A stretch of DNA of 64,000 bases from Myxococcales bacterium (lineage in GTDB: Bacteria; Myxococcota_A; Polyangia; Polyangiales; DASUME01). Shown one piece after another: positions 9,514 through 19,601 of the stretch. Numbering within the stretch: position 1 is the stretch's first letter; every line of letters begins with the position of its first letter. Made by a program: the position numbers and the translations under genes. The notes under the pieces were generated by a model. The model saw only the letters and a program-made list of their open reading frames with translations, searched no databases and was not told the origin of the DNA. The stretch covers positions 6,208,001 to 6,272,000 of the forward strand of contig JASGJH010000001.1 of assembly GCA_047601445.1 (NCBI GenBank), written 5' to 3'.

Positions 9514-10928
9514 GCGAACGTATCCAACGCCGCGTCCTCGTGGTGGACCCCGACTACAACACCACTGGCACGCTGTCGCGCGCGCTGCGCGCCCGAGGAC
9601 ACCACGTGACCTTGGCCGCGGACGGACGCGCGGGGCTGCAGCGCGCCGTGGAGATTGCGCCCGACGTCGTGCTGGTCGATCGCGACGTGCCAGTGGTCGA
9701 TGTGCAGACGTTCCTCGAGGTGCTGCGCGACAATCCGCGCACGAGTAGCGCGCACGCCTTCGTGCTCACGGCGGCGGATCCCACCTACCTCAGCGCCCTC
9801 GATCCGCGCATCGAGGCCCTGGTGAAGCCGTTCCACGTGGCCGAGGTGGTGGCGCGCATCGAGTCCGTATTCCGGCGTCGCAGCGCGCCCAAGCGCGAGC
9901 CCGAGCTGCGCGGTGACCTCGAGCAGGTGGCGTTGTTCGACCTCCTGCAGGTGTTCGCGCAGAACCGCCGCACGGGCACCTTGCGCGTGGAGGCACGCGG
10001 CGCCACCGGCGAAATCTGCGTGCGCGACGGGCGCATCGTGGACTGCATCTACCGCGGCGCACGCGGCGAGAAGGCGCTCTACCGCCTGCTCGCCTCCACG
10101 CGGGGACAGTTCGTGTTCTTGCCTGGTGTGGTCTCCTCGCGCGACACCATCGAGGCCTCCACCGACATGCTGATGATGGAGTCCGTGCGTCAGGCCGACG
10201 AGCTGCTGGCGATGAGCTCCCAGATGCCCTCGCTGAGCGCCCAGGTGGCGGTGGCGCGCAAGCCAGCCAACGAGATCTCCGAGATGGCCCAGCGCATCCT
10301 CACGGCGCTCGGCGACGACACGCGCGGCATCGACGAGGTGCTCGACGTATTTCCAGAGAGCGATCTCGACGTGATGGGTGGCCTCAAAGAATTGCTCGAG
10401 GGCAACGTGCTGGTGGTGCTGGACGGCGGCAGCAGCACCACCCAGCTGTGCGACGAGGACGAGGCCGTCGCGCTGCGCGCCGCGGCGCTCAAGCTGCGCC
10501 CGGTGGGCTACGAGAGCGCGGCCCGCTTGGCGGTGTTCGCGGGCTCCTACGTCGCGTTGTCGCGCTTCGCCCGCGCGCTGTCGTCGATCGAAGGCTTCGT
10601 CGCCGAAGCGGCCACCCCCGAGGCCGCCGGCGAGGGCAGCCTCGGCCCGCTCGGGTGCTTGCGGGTAGGAGGCGTGGAGGTCGAGCTGTTCGCGCTGCCC
10701 ACGGACCCCGCCCTGCGCCCGCTGTGGGGGGCATTTCTGGGCCCGGTGCGTGCCGCCGTGTGGCTCACCGAGCCGCTGCCGGACGCGATCGGCTGGGAAC
10801 TTTTGCGGGCTCTGCGCGTGCAGGTGGTCCAAGCCACGGAGGGTTGGGAACACCCACAAGGCGCGGCCGAAACCCTGCGTGCAGCGCTCGCGACCACCAC
10901 CCGGTCGCAAGTTCAGAGCTCTTACTAA
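9510..10928 (+). CDS. Response regulator with DUF4388 (PATAN-like) domain and an extra C-terminal alpha/beta domain
   Basis: REC (VLVVDPD, VLVD, LVKPF); LRGDLEQVALFDLLQVFAQNRRTGTLRV; GTGA overlap with upstream gene. Confidence 0.8.
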   Translation: MSERIQRRVLVVDPDYNTTGTLSRALRARGHHVTLAADGRAGLQRAVEIAPDVVLVDRDVPVVDVQTFLEVLRDNPRTSSAHAFVLTAADPTYLSALDPRIEALVKPFHVAEVVARIESVFRRRSAPKREPELRGDLEQVALFDLLQVFAQNRRTGTLRVEARGATGEICVRDGRIVDCIYRGARGEKALYRLLASTRGQFVFLPGVVSSRDTIEASTDMLMMESVRQADELLAMSSQMPSLSAQVAVARKPANEISEMAQRILTALGDDTRGIDEVLDVFPESDLDVMGGLKELLEGNVLVVLDGGSSTTQLCDEDEAVALRAAALKLRPVGYESAARLAVFAGSYVALSRFARALSSIEGFVAEAATPEAAGEGSLGPLGCLRVGGVEVELFALPTDPALRPLWGAFLGPVRAAVWLTEPLPDAIGWELLRALRVQVVQATEGWEHPQGAAETLRAALATTTRSQVQSSY

Positions 10929-11139
10929 GCGCTTTCCAAGCCTCTTCGCCCTTGTGTTCCCGGTACGGGAGTACGCCATTCGGTGAGCGGGTCTCAACGC
11001 TCCGAAACCGCGGAAACTAGGGCGTTTGAGGCCTGTTCACGGCTTGAGCCGATGTGTTCGCTTCTGCTATTGTCGATAGCAGTGCGTGCTCGTTCCCGCG
11101 ACGACGGGTGCAGGCAGTGCGCGCAGGTGGGGATCGACC

Positions 11140-13014
11140 TTGGGCGAACGAGAGCGAGACTCGGACGATAGCGGCGCGGGCGTCAAGCGGGCGGGTACGC
11201 CCGTGGACCCTTTGCGCATCTGGAACGCGCTGCGCGCGCGCTGGACATGGATCTTCGTGGCCGGCGTGATCGGCGCCTTCGTGGGGGCCGCGGTCGCCAA
11301 GAAGATGATCTCGCAGACCTTCGCTGCCCAGGCCGTGGTCGCCTATCAGGGGGATGTCTCGCCGCAGTCGCCCGAGCGCCAGACCGTGTTCGAGTCCCTG
11401 ACCTTGAACTCCATCTTGGCCGAGACCGCCAAGCGCATGAAGCTCCCGCTGCCGCCGGCCACCATGCGCAGCTTCATCACGCTGACCACCAACGAGCGCA
11501 CCAACATCGTCACCATCGACGGTAACTGGGCCACGGCCGACGGCGCCGCGGGCCTGGTCAACACCCTGGTGGACGTGTTCCTCGAGTCGCGTCAGCGCAT
11601 CATGCGCGAGCGTCTCGAGCTCGAGGCCCAGCGCTTACGCGGCGCCGTGGGCCAGGCGGAGGCCAAGTACTCCGACGCCAGCAAGGCTTACGACAAGTTC
11701 CGGCGCGAACAGGGCATCACCGACATCTCCCAGGAGCGCGAGCTCGCGATCACACAGGCCGCCGAGCTGGCGGCCCAGGCCGACACGGCGCGTGCCGACG
11801 AGCAGGCCGCGCGCAGCAAGCTCGACGGCATCAAGTTGGTGCCCAGCACGGCGCCCGCTCCGACCACCACCAGCGAGGCCGACGCGCGCCAAGCCGACCT
11901 CGACGAGAAGCGCTTGCTCGAAGCACGGCGCGAGCTCGACGTGGCCAAGATTCAGTACTCCGAGGACCATCCCACGGTGCGCCGCCTGGCCGCCGAGGTG
12001 AGCACCTTGGACGCGCGCGTGAAGAACCGTTACGGCGACAAAGATGGCTTGAGTGCGCGTCGCCACGCGGCAGCCGAGCGTCAGGCCTCATCGGCCGCGA
12101 ATCGTCAGCGCGTGGCCGAGGAGTATCGCGCTCGGCTCAAGGACCGGCTCAACAAGTTGTCGGCGGTCGAAGGACAGGCTGCCGTGCTGCTCGGTGAGCT
12201 GAAGGTGGCCGAGGAGTCGCTCGAGCGCGCCAAGCAGATGCTGTCGGGCGTGGAGCTGCAGCTCTCGCGCCCCTCGGCCGAGTTCCAGGTGCTCGAGCGC
12301 GCCGTGGTCCCTCAATACGCGCTGTCTTCCTCGCGGCGCCGCGCCGCCCTCGGCTTCCCCCTCGGCTTCGCCCTGCTCGCCACGCTGATCACCATCGCGC
12401 TCGCCTTCCGCAAGCTCGACGTGCGCACCCCCAGCGAAGCGGCGTACTGGAGCAAGCTGCCCGTGATCGGCGCCAGCACCTGGCCGCGGGACCCCGAGAT
12501 GCTCTCGAGCTTGATGCACGACCTCGACGACTACGCGCCGCACTGCGAGGGCGTGACGTTGATCGTCGGAGTGTCCATCGAGGAAGCTCACCTCGCGCGT
12601 CGCGTGGCCGAGTGGGACGGTCACCGCATGCCCAAGATCCACGACGTGAACCGCCTGCTCGCGGCGGGCGCACCGCTCGCAGTGGCCGAAGATCGCGCCA
12701 GCGACGGCGGCATGCCCGAGCAGGAAATGGGCCCCCCCGTGATGCAGATCTTGACGCTCACGGGTCCGGTCCCCGCCCAGGCCTTGCGCCGTGCCGCCCG
12801 CCTGGCCGACCGCGTCTTGGTGGTGGTCTACAGCGGTAAGCACGACATCTTCCAGCTCATGAAGATCCGTGGGCGCCTCGGGCGAGACACGGGCATCGGG
12901 CTCTTGTTCGTGGGCCTCGAGAAGGACTACGCGATGGTGCGTGATCGCGTCGGAGCCATCGAGAGCTTCTGGTACGCCACGCGCAGCGCGGTGAGTGGTC
13001 GCGCCGAAGCCTGA
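11140..13014 (+). CDS. Wzc/GumC-like polysaccharide co-polymerase
   Basis: N-terminal TM, long coiled coil with YSEDHPTVRRL, second TM, SKLPVIG; no Walker A seen in the tail. Start uncertain (11086 or 11140). Confidence 0.72.
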   Translation: MGERERDSDDSGAGVKRAGTPVDPLRIWNALRARWTWIFVAGVIGAFVGAAVAKKMISQTFAAQAVVAYQGDVSPQSPERQTVFESLTLNSILAETAKRMKLPLPPATMRSFITLTTNERTNIVTIDGNWATADGAAGLVNTLVDVFLESRQRIMRERLELEAQRLRGAVGQAEAKYSDASKAYDKFRREQGITDISQERELAITQAAELAAQADTARADEQAARSKLDGIKLVPSTAPAPTTTSEADARQADLDEKRLLEARRELDVAKIQYSEDHPTVRRLAAEVSTLDARVKNRYGDKDGLSARRHAAAERQASSAANRQRVAEEYRARLKDRLNKLSAVEGQAAVLLGELKVAEESLERAKQMLSGVELQLSRPSAEFQVLERAVVPQYALSSSRRRAALGFPLGFALLATLITIALAFRKLDVRTPSEAAYWSKLPVIGASTWPRDPEMLSSLMHDLDDYAPHCEGVTLIVGVSIEEAHLARRVAEWDGHRMPKIHDVNRLLAAGAPLAVAEDRASDGGMPEQEMGPPVMQILTLTGPVPAQALRRAARLADRVLVVVYSGKHDIFQLMKIRGRLGRDTGIGLLFVGLEKDYAMVRDRVGAIESFWYATRSAVSGRAEA

Positions 13015-13333
13015 CCAGGAAAACGCGCGTCCTCGTCCAGGCACCAAGTGAACATCGCGTGAAGCACTGCTCTGGACGCCAACCTGCGCGTGACCGCTGG
13101 TCGCGGCGGGCCTAAGTCGCGCGCAAGACTGACGATCCCAATCTCGCACGCTACGACGCGCGGCTTTTCGCAGTGCTTGCGTGAGCATGATCCTGCGCCC
13201 GCGCAGGCCTTGACCTGTTTCGGTGAGCACGCGTGCTGATTGGCCGCGCAGGAATTCGCCAGCTAGCGTGAGTGTCGGATGCAGTGAGCGCTTGCCTTCA
13301 CTGCGTCACCCAACTCGCATAGGGAGGAACCCC

Positions 13334-15100
13334 ATGTCTCAGTGGCTCTCCGGGGCCGGCCGTGAGGTTGGCATGTACTTGCCGACCCTCGGGATGGCGC
13401 TCGCGATTCTCATCGGCGGCTTCTTGGTCGCGTACTTGCTGCGCGCGATCACCTTGGCGGCGCTCAGGCGCACGGGCATCGGCCAGCGTGTTTCGCACGG
13501 CTTCGGTGCACACGACGCACCCAGCGCAGCGCGTGTGGAGAGCTGGATCGCCAAGGCGGTGTTCTACACCACGCTCGCCTTCGTGTTCGTGGCGTTCTTC
13601 TCCCAGCTGCGCATCAACGCCGTCACCGATCCCATCGTGCGCGCTTTGTCGGGCATCACGGGTGCAATCCCGAACCTGCTCAAGGCCGCCCTGATCGGCT
13701 TCGCGGGCTACTTGCTCGCCAAGCTGGCGAAGAGCGGGGTGTCGACGCTCATCGATCGGACTCACCTCTCGGATCGCCTGGCGCGCATCGCCGGCGATGC
13801 GCCGGAGGGCTTGGCCGAGACTCAGACCCTGAAACCCGGCACCGCGGAAGGCACCACCTACCGTGAGGTGGAGCGGGCGCCCATCAAGGCCAAGAAGCTC
13901 AACTGGCTCGGGCACACCAAGCTGGCGAGCACCGCCGGTGAGATCGCGTACTGGGTGGTGCTCGCCATCACGGCAGTGCCGGTCCTCGAAGCTCTGAGCG
14001 TGGGCGTGTTGGCGATCCCGCTGTCGCGGGCCATCGAGGCCATCACCACATACGCTCCGCGCGTGATCGGCGCCGCCATTCTGCTGGCGATCGGTTACCT
14101 GGTCGCACGCTTCACCAAGAAGGCCATCAGTGCGCTCGCGCACCGCATCGGCGTCGACCGACTGGTCACGCGCGTCGGGGGCGAGCGCGTCATGCGCGGT
14201 CAGTCCTTGTCGAGCATCCTCGGCACCATCGCGATGGCGTTCGTGCTCTTGCACTTCGCCATCAGCGCCGTGGGTCGCCTGGAGATCGCCGAAATCAGCG
14301 GGCCCCTCACGGGCTTCCTGGCCGCCATCTACACCTTCCTGCCGCGCTTGTTCGTGGGCGCCTTGGTGCTCGCCGTCGGCATCGTGTTGGCGCGCCTGGT
14401 GGGCAATCTGGCAGCGCGTCTGCTCGCCGGAATGGGCTTCAATACCTTGATGGCCCAGATCGGAATCTACCGCGGCGAACAGGTGTCGGGGGTCGACCAG
14501 GAGGTCGAGGCCAAGGCCCTGATCAACGCACGTCGTGGTGTCTCGCGCGTCACCTATCATACTGGCAGCAGCATCAACGGAACCGGCGCGGACGACTTGC
14601 TCAGCGGCGGCGCTACCCTGGCTACCGCCAAGACGCCCTCCGACGTGGGTGGTCTGGTGGTGACCGCGGCCATCGCGATCATCTTCCTGCGTCAGGCTTT
14701 GGGCACCATGCAGCTCCAGGGCTTCGCGCAGCTGCTCGACACGGTGCTCGCCTTCTTGCCCAACCTGTTCGTGGCCGCCGTGATCCTGGCGGCTGCCATG
14801 GCGGCGGGCAACTGGGGACGCCAGCGCGTGCGGGAGCTCACCGGAGGCTCGGACGACCGGCTCATGCGCTCGCTCGATCAGGTGGTCTACGTGGCGATCA
14901 TCACCGTGGGTGTGATGATGGCGGCCCAGCAGCTCGGCGTGGGGTCCCAGCTGATCGGCACCGCCTTCACGCTGATCCTGGGCGCGGTCTGCCTGGCCCT
15001 GGCCCTGGCGTTCGGGCTCGGCGGTCGCGAGGTGGCCGGCGACTTCCTCCGCAAGGAGGTCTCGCGTCGCCAGCGTGGCTCGATGGCACCCGGCGAATAA
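13334..15100 (+). CDS. CmpX-like / mechanosensitive-channel TM-helix repeat membrane protein
   Basis: Repeated units YLPTL, IPNL, YAPRV, FLPRL, FLPNL; C-terminal ALALAFGLGGREVA; GGAGG RBS. Confidence 0.75.
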   Translation: MSQWLSGAGREVGMYLPTLGMALAILIGGFLVAYLLRAITLAALRRTGIGQRVSHGFGAHDAPSAARVESWIAKAVFYTTLAFVFVAFFSQLRINAVTDPIVRALSGITGAIPNLLKAALIGFAGYLLAKLAKSGVSTLIDRTHLSDRLARIAGDAPEGLAETQTLKPGTAEGTTYREVERAPIKAKKLNWLGHTKLASTAGEIAYWVVLAITAVPVLEALSVGVLAIPLSRAIEAITTYAPRVIGAAILLAIGYLVARFTKKAISALAHRIGVDRLVTRVGGERVMRGQSLSSILGTIAMAFVLLHFAISAVGRLEIAEISGPLTGFLAAIYTFLPRLFVGALVLAVGIVLARLVGNLAARLLAGMGFNTLMAQIGIYRGEQVSGVDQEVEAKALINARRGVSRVTYHTGSSINGTGADDLLSGGATLATAKTPSDVGGLVVTAAIAIIFLRQALGTMQLQGFAQLLDTVLAFLPNLFVAAVILAAAMAAGNWGRQRVRELTGGSDDRLMRSLDQVVYVAIITVGVMMAAQQLGVGSQLIGTAFTLILGAVCLALALAFGLGGREVAGDFLRKEVSRRQRGSMAPGE

Positions 15101-15182
15101 CACCCGGCTGCGTCCAACGTGTGCCCGCAGATGCTCCGGCGTCTGCGGGCACTCGCCGTTTCGGCGGCTGAACTCATCGAAT

Positions 15183-15214
15183 CTCACGGACTCACGGACT
15201 CACGGACTCACGGG
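15183..15214. repeat. 8-bp tandem repeat x4 (CTCACGGA) upstream of ada
   Basis: ctcacgga ctcacgga ctcacgga ctcacggg. Confidence 0.9.
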
Positions 15215-15301
15215 CCGCGTTTTCTCGATTCGGGAGCAAGCCGCGGAGCGTCCCATCGTCGTCGCCCGGCCACAGTGCTACGCCAGAAAGGAGCCATTCC
15301 C

Positions 15302-16417
15302 ATGGCCGTAGCCGTTTCCGTGACCCCGATGGTACGCCGCGCACGTCCCACCCCCCGCACGCTGAATGCCGACGACGATCCTCGTTGGGCTCAGCTCGTC
15401 GCGCGCGACGCGGGCGCCGACGGACAGTTCTATTACTCGGTCGAGACCACGGGCGTGTATTGCCGCCCGAGCTGTGGCGCTCGCCGGCCCAACCCCAAGA
15501 ATGTCCGCTTCCATGCCACTCCTCAGGACGCCGAGCGCGCGGGCTATCGTCCCTGCAAGCGTTGTCGGCCGGAGCAGCTCAAGGATGCGAATCGGGCCGC
15601 ACTCGCCGAGAAGGTGACGTTGGCCTGTCGGCTGCTCGAGCAGCGCAAGGACTCGCCGTCGCTCGCCGAACTCGCGCAAGCCGTGGGCTTGAGCACTTTC
15701 CACTTCCATCGCCAGTTCAAGGCCCACACCGGCCTTACGCCGCGGCAATACCAGGCCTCGTTGCGAGGTAGCGAAGTGCGCGCGCGGCTCGGTCGGGGCG
15801 CCTCGGTGAGCTCGGCCATCTACGGCGCGGGCTATGGGGCCAGCTCGCGCTTCTACGAGAAGTCCTATCAGCTGCTCGGCATGCAACCCAAGAATTTCCG
15901 GGCCGGCGGCAAGCAAGTGTCCATCCACTTCGCGCTCGGTGCATGTTCGCTCGGCAACATCCTGGTGGCGCAGAGCCCCAAGGGGCTATGCGCCATCTTG
16001 CTCGGTGAAGATCCAGAGGAACTGTTGCGGGATCTCGAGGCGCGCTTTCCACACGCGGACCTCATCGGCGGCGACCGTGCCTTCGACGACGTGGTCGCGC
16101 GCGTGGTGGCCTTCGTGGAGGCGCCGCGCAAGGGGCTCGCGCTGCCCCTGGATATTCAGGGCACGGCGTTTCAGCAACGGGTCTGGCGCGCTCTGAGCAG
16201 GGTCCCGGTGGGATCCACGTTGAGCTACCGCGAGCTCGCCGAGCGCATCGGCGCGCCCGGAGCCTCGCGCGCGGTCGGCCACGCATGCGGGCAGAATCCA
16301 CTCGCGGTGGCCATCCCGTGTCATCGCGTGGTGCGCGCCGATGGTGGCCTTTCGGGCTACCGCTGGGGCCTCGAGCGCAAACGCGCGCTGCTCGCTCGCG
16401 AGGGGGGAGAACCATGA
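15302..16417 (+). CDS. ada: Bifunctional regulator / O6-methylguanine-DNA methyltransferase Ada
   Basis: GVYCRPSC, RPCKRC zinc site, AraC-type HTH, IPCHRV active site; AAGGAG RBS. Confidence 0.95.
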   Translation: MAVAVSVTPMVRRARPTPRTLNADDDPRWAQLVARDAGADGQFYYSVETTGVYCRPSCGARRPNPKNVRFHATPQDAERAGYRPCKRCRPEQLKDANRAALAEKVTLACRLLEQRKDSPSLAELAQAVGLSTFHFHRQFKAHTGLTPRQYQASLRGSEVRARLGRGASVSSAIYGAGYGASSRFYEKSYQLLGMQPKNFRAGGKQVSIHFALGACSLGNILVAQSPKGLCAILLGEDPEELLRDLEARFPHADLIGGDRAFDDVVARVVAFVEAPRKGLALPLDIQGTAFQQRVWRALSRVPVGSTLSYRELAERIGAPGASRAVGHACGQNPLAVAIPCHRVVRADGGLSGYRWGLERKRALLAREGGEP

Positions 16418-17151
16418 GTCGCGCCGCTCCGGCACGCACCGCGTCTCATCGTGCGCCAGGGATCGAGTCCGAGCACATGGCGAGCGTGGAGAGCGATCTC
16501 GAGCGTCAAGGCTGGGCGAGCGTGCCCCATCTCTTGAGCGAGGCGAGCTGCGCGAACCTCACGGCCCTTTATGCCGAGCCCACGCACTTTCGCAGCCGCG
16601 TGGTGATGCAACGCCACAACTACGGACGCGGAGAATACCAGTACTTCGCTTACCCATTGCCCCCGCTGCTCGCAGAGCTACGAGCACAGCTCTACGGTCA
16701 GCTCGTGCCGCTGGCGAATCGCTGGATGGAGGCCTTGCAGAGCGACGTCCGCTATCCGGAGCGGCACGCCGAGTTCGTGGAGCGCTGTCATCGAGCGGGC
16801 CAGACCCGGCCGACGCCGCTGCTGCTCAAGTACCAGGCCGGCGACTACAACTGCCTGCACCAGGACCTCTACGGTGCCCACGTGTTCCCGCTGCAGGTGG
16901 CGGTGCTGCTCTCGCATCCCGGACGCGATTTTACGGGCGGAGAATTCGTGCTCACCGAGCAGCGTCCGCGCATGCAGTCACGGGCCAGCGTGGTGCCGCT
17001 GCAGCAGGGCGACGCCGTGGTGTTCGCAGTGGAGAAGCGCTCCGTTCACGGGGCACGCGGCACCTATCGCGTCAACATGCGGCACGGCGTGAGCAGCTTG
17101 TCTTCTGGCGAGCGCTACACGCTGGGGCTCATCTTCCACGACGCCAGCTGA
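16414..17151 (+). CDS. 2OG-Fe(II) oxygenase (DUF2086-type)
   Basis: GRGEYQYF, NCLHQDLYG, MRHGVS, RYTLGLIFHDA; ATGA overlap with ada. Confidence 0.88.
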   Translation: MSRAAPARTASHRAPGIESEHMASVESDLERQGWASVPHLLSEASCANLTALYAEPTHFRSRVVMQRHNYGRGEYQYFAYPLPPLLAELRAQLYGQLVPLANRWMEALQSDVRYPERHAEFVERCHRAGQTRPTPLLLKYQAGDYNCLHQDLYGAHVFPLQVAVLLSHPGRDFTGGEFVLTEQRPRMQSRASVVPLQQGDAVVFAVEKRSVHGARGTYRVNMRHGVSSLSSGERYTLGLIFHDAS

Positions 17152-17152
17152 C

Positions 17153-18469
17153 TCATTCGGTGCGCTCGAACACGAAGGGATAGCTCACGCTCACGTATCC
17201 TCCGCCGTCGGGCGCCGGAAAGGTCCAGCGCCGCACCGCGTCGGCCACACAGCGATCTACCTCCGCGCTGCCGAGCGTGCTCTGACCCGCGGCCGAGTTC
17301 TGCACGACGCCCGAAGGCGCGATCATGAAGTTGATGGCCACCCGACCCGAGAGGTCCGGCCGTGCGTTCAAGGCTTGCTCGTAGCAGAAGCGCACCTGGG
17401 CCAGGTTGCGATGGATCACGCGTCGGATCGCCTCCTTCGAGAGCGAGCCCCTCACTTCGACCGGACCCATCTTGAGTGTGGGCACGACCGACTCGCGCCG
17501 GCGCATGCTCAAGCTGTGTGAGCCCGGTGTGCCACGCGCGAGTTCGCCCGTCTGCAGGTTGCCGATGCCGATTGCGCCGTCCACCAGCCCGCCGCCGTGA
17601 CGACCCGTGCCGCGCATGCCGAGTCCGTTGAAGCCCGCGTTGTCACCGATCTGCGAGCCGAACAGTGCGCCCATGGCTGCCACCGCGTCGTAGCCCTCAG
17701 CGTTCGCGTTCCACACGTCCGACACGGGGCCCGGCGTTGCGCTTGCTGCGAGTGCACCGAGGATGCCCGCGGTCTTCACGCTCTCCGCGCTGACTGCGCC
17801 CGGGCGACGCTGCGTGGCATTGCCGGGGATGGCCATGCGGCCGTCGGTCTTGGGCGAGTCGGGTTTGCCCGCCTTTCCTTCATCTCCCTTGTCGCGCGCG
17901 GCGTCCTGAGGCTTGTCGCCCTGTCCTCCAAGTCCGTCGTCGGGGGTCCAAGGCAGCTCCTCTTCTTCGATCACCGGCGTCGCGAGGTAGCGCGCATAGC
18001 GATCGTCGAGGCCGATGGCGTCCAGCGAGAGCGAAGACGCCTTGGGAGGCATGAGCGCCATGCAGCCGAGCATCAACCCGTGCAAGGCCACCGAGGCCAT
18101 GGTCCACACATGACGCTGCCGATCCACGGGTACGGCGCTCACGGGCAACCGCTCGGGCGTGCTCACACGCACGCGAAAGCTGAGCGGACCCACGTGCACC
18201 AACGTCTGCTCTCCCACCGCCAGCCTCACGCTGCCGCTGGTCGAATGCACGCTCACGCCGGTTTCGTCCACAGACACCAACTCGTGCGTGGGCTTGTCCA
18301 GCCACTCGCTGCTCACCACGAAGGCCGCCTCGCCATCCTGTACCGCGCTGTCCTTCAATACGAAGCTGCGCGGCGGGCACAAGTGCTCCTGCCGTAGCGG
18401 GGTTCCGTCTTGCCAACCGATCTCGATGTCGAGGGCGCACGTCGCCGTGCGCGCTGCTTGAGCACGCAT
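17153..18469 (-). CDS. AgmX/PglI C-terminal (TonB-like) domain membrane protein, GltG-like architecture
   Basis: TM SVALHGLML, Gly-rich linker, GSLSKEAIRRVI..VRFCYEQAL..GRV..FPAPDGGGYVSVSYPFVF; AGGAGG RBS. Confidence 0.82.
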   Translation of the reverse strand: MRAQAARTATCALDIEIGWQDGTPLRQEHLCPPRSFVLKDSAVQDGEAAFVVSSEWLDKPTHELVSVDETGVSVHSTSGSVRLAVGEQTLVHVGPLSFRVRVSTPERLPVSAVPVDRQRHVWTMASVALHGLMLGCMALMPPKASSLSLDAIGLDDRYARYLATPVIEEEELPWTPDDGLGGQGDKPQDAARDKGDEGKAGKPDSPKTDGRMAIPGNATQRRPGAVSAESVKTAGILGALAASATPGPVSDVWNANAEGYDAVAAMGALFGSQIGDNAGFNGLGMRGTGRHGGGLVDGAIGIGNLQTGELARGTPGSHSLSMRRRESVVPTLKMGPVEVRGSLSKEAIRRVIHRNLAQVRFCYEQALNARPDLSGRVAINFMIAPSGVVQNSAAGQSTLGSAEVDRCVADAVRRWTFPAPDGGGYVSVSYPFVFERTE

Positions 18470-18780
18470 ACTGCCTCCTTGTGTTGAACGCACGTGGCCC
18501 CTGGAACGGAGCGCGCCGACCACACCGCGCCGCTCTGCTAAGCGGCAACGAACGTCTGCGTCGGTCTCCGTGATGGACACGCGCTGCGGCCGAAGGTTCC
18601 CAAGGAGCGCTCATTGCGCTGTCGCTGGAACCACGGTCATCCGCTCGAGCGCCATCCAGCAGGCGTCGTTGAGTCCTGTCGAGGAGGTGCCGCCCACCGG
18701 GCCGCGGGGGATCGAAAAAATAATCTCGCCCCAGAATCCTTTGTGCCCGAGGCCTCCTCTCCCTTTGCAGGAGGTCATCC

Positions 18781-19014
18781 ATGACATCGTTGAAAGCAGC
18801 GTTCTTCATCAAGAATGTGCCTGGCTGGGAGCGCGCCTTGCGGGTTGCCGCGGGGCTCCTGGTCGGTGGGATTGCTTACCTGGGCGGGGAATCACCCTGG
18901 AACTGGCTTGGTGCACTCCTGGGGGCCGAACTCGCGCTGACAGGCTTCGTGGGGTTCTGTCCGATGTGTGCGCTGGCAGGGCGTCGACTCGACAAACTAG
19001 GATCCGCGCCATGA
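18781..19014 (+). CDS. DUF2892 (YgaP-like) membrane protein
   Basis: KNVPGWERALRV..TGFVGFCPM; GGAGG RBS. Confidence 0.85.
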   Translation: MTSLKAAFFIKNVPGWERALRVAAGLLVGGIAYLGGESPWNWLGALLGAELALTGFVGFCPMCALAGRRLDKLGSAP

Positions 19015-19529
19015 GCGCGTTCTCCATGATGGACCTCGAGGCAGCACGGGCAGGGGACCCGCGCGCCATCGAGCGCCTCCTGCTCGCGAGCCAGCCCAAC
19101 ATCCGGCGTTACGCGGAGCGGAGCTGCATCTGGACCCACGTGGACGACGCCGTGCAGGAGACCATGTGGATCCTCGCGCGCTACGTGGCGCAACTGCGAC
19201 AGGCCGCGGCCTACTCGAGCTGGCTGCTCTCCATCGTGCGACGCGAGTGCCGACGGCTGGCACGGCGCAGCCTAGGCATCGATCTCTGGGACGACGCGCG
19301 CGTGGATGCCTGGGTCGCCGAACGCCCGAGCGAGACCATGCGGCTGGAGGTGGCCGCGGCCTTCGAGTCTCTGCCGCCCGAGTTTCGCGAGGTGCTCGTG
19401 CTGCGCGACTTCGAGGGACTCACCATCGGTGAGGCCGCCGCGCGCCTGGGGATCACCCGTGCGGCAACCAAGAGCCGGCTCCATCGTGCGCGCGCCCTGG
19501 CGCGTGAATATCTACTCGACGCGCCGTGA
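19011..19529 (+). CDS. ECF RNA polymerase sigma factor
   Basis: DDAVQET, SSWLLSIVRREC, REVLVLRDFEGLTIGEAAARLG..KSRLHRAR. Confidence 0.9.
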   Translation: MSAFSMMDLEAARAGDPRAIERLLLASQPNIRRYAERSCIWTHVDDAVQETMWILARYVAQLRQAAAYSSWLLSIVRRECRRLARRSLGIDLWDDARVDAWVAERPSETMRLEVAAAFESLPPEFREVLVLRDFEGLTIGEAAARLGITRAATKSRLHRARALAREYLLDAP

Positions 19530-19601
19530 GGGCGGCGAGCACGCGCACGCGGTGGTCATCGGAAGAGCCGTCGTGCACGTGCACGTGCACGGGTGGGTAG
19601 A

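Noticed and set aside
3..17151. lhr plus ada plus oxygenase as one DNA repair or defence island
   Set aside because: Separated by over 11 kb of unrelated genes.
17153..18469. Naming this gene gltG/agmX
   Set aside because: Family is highly paralogous and no other gliding-motility genes are adjacent.
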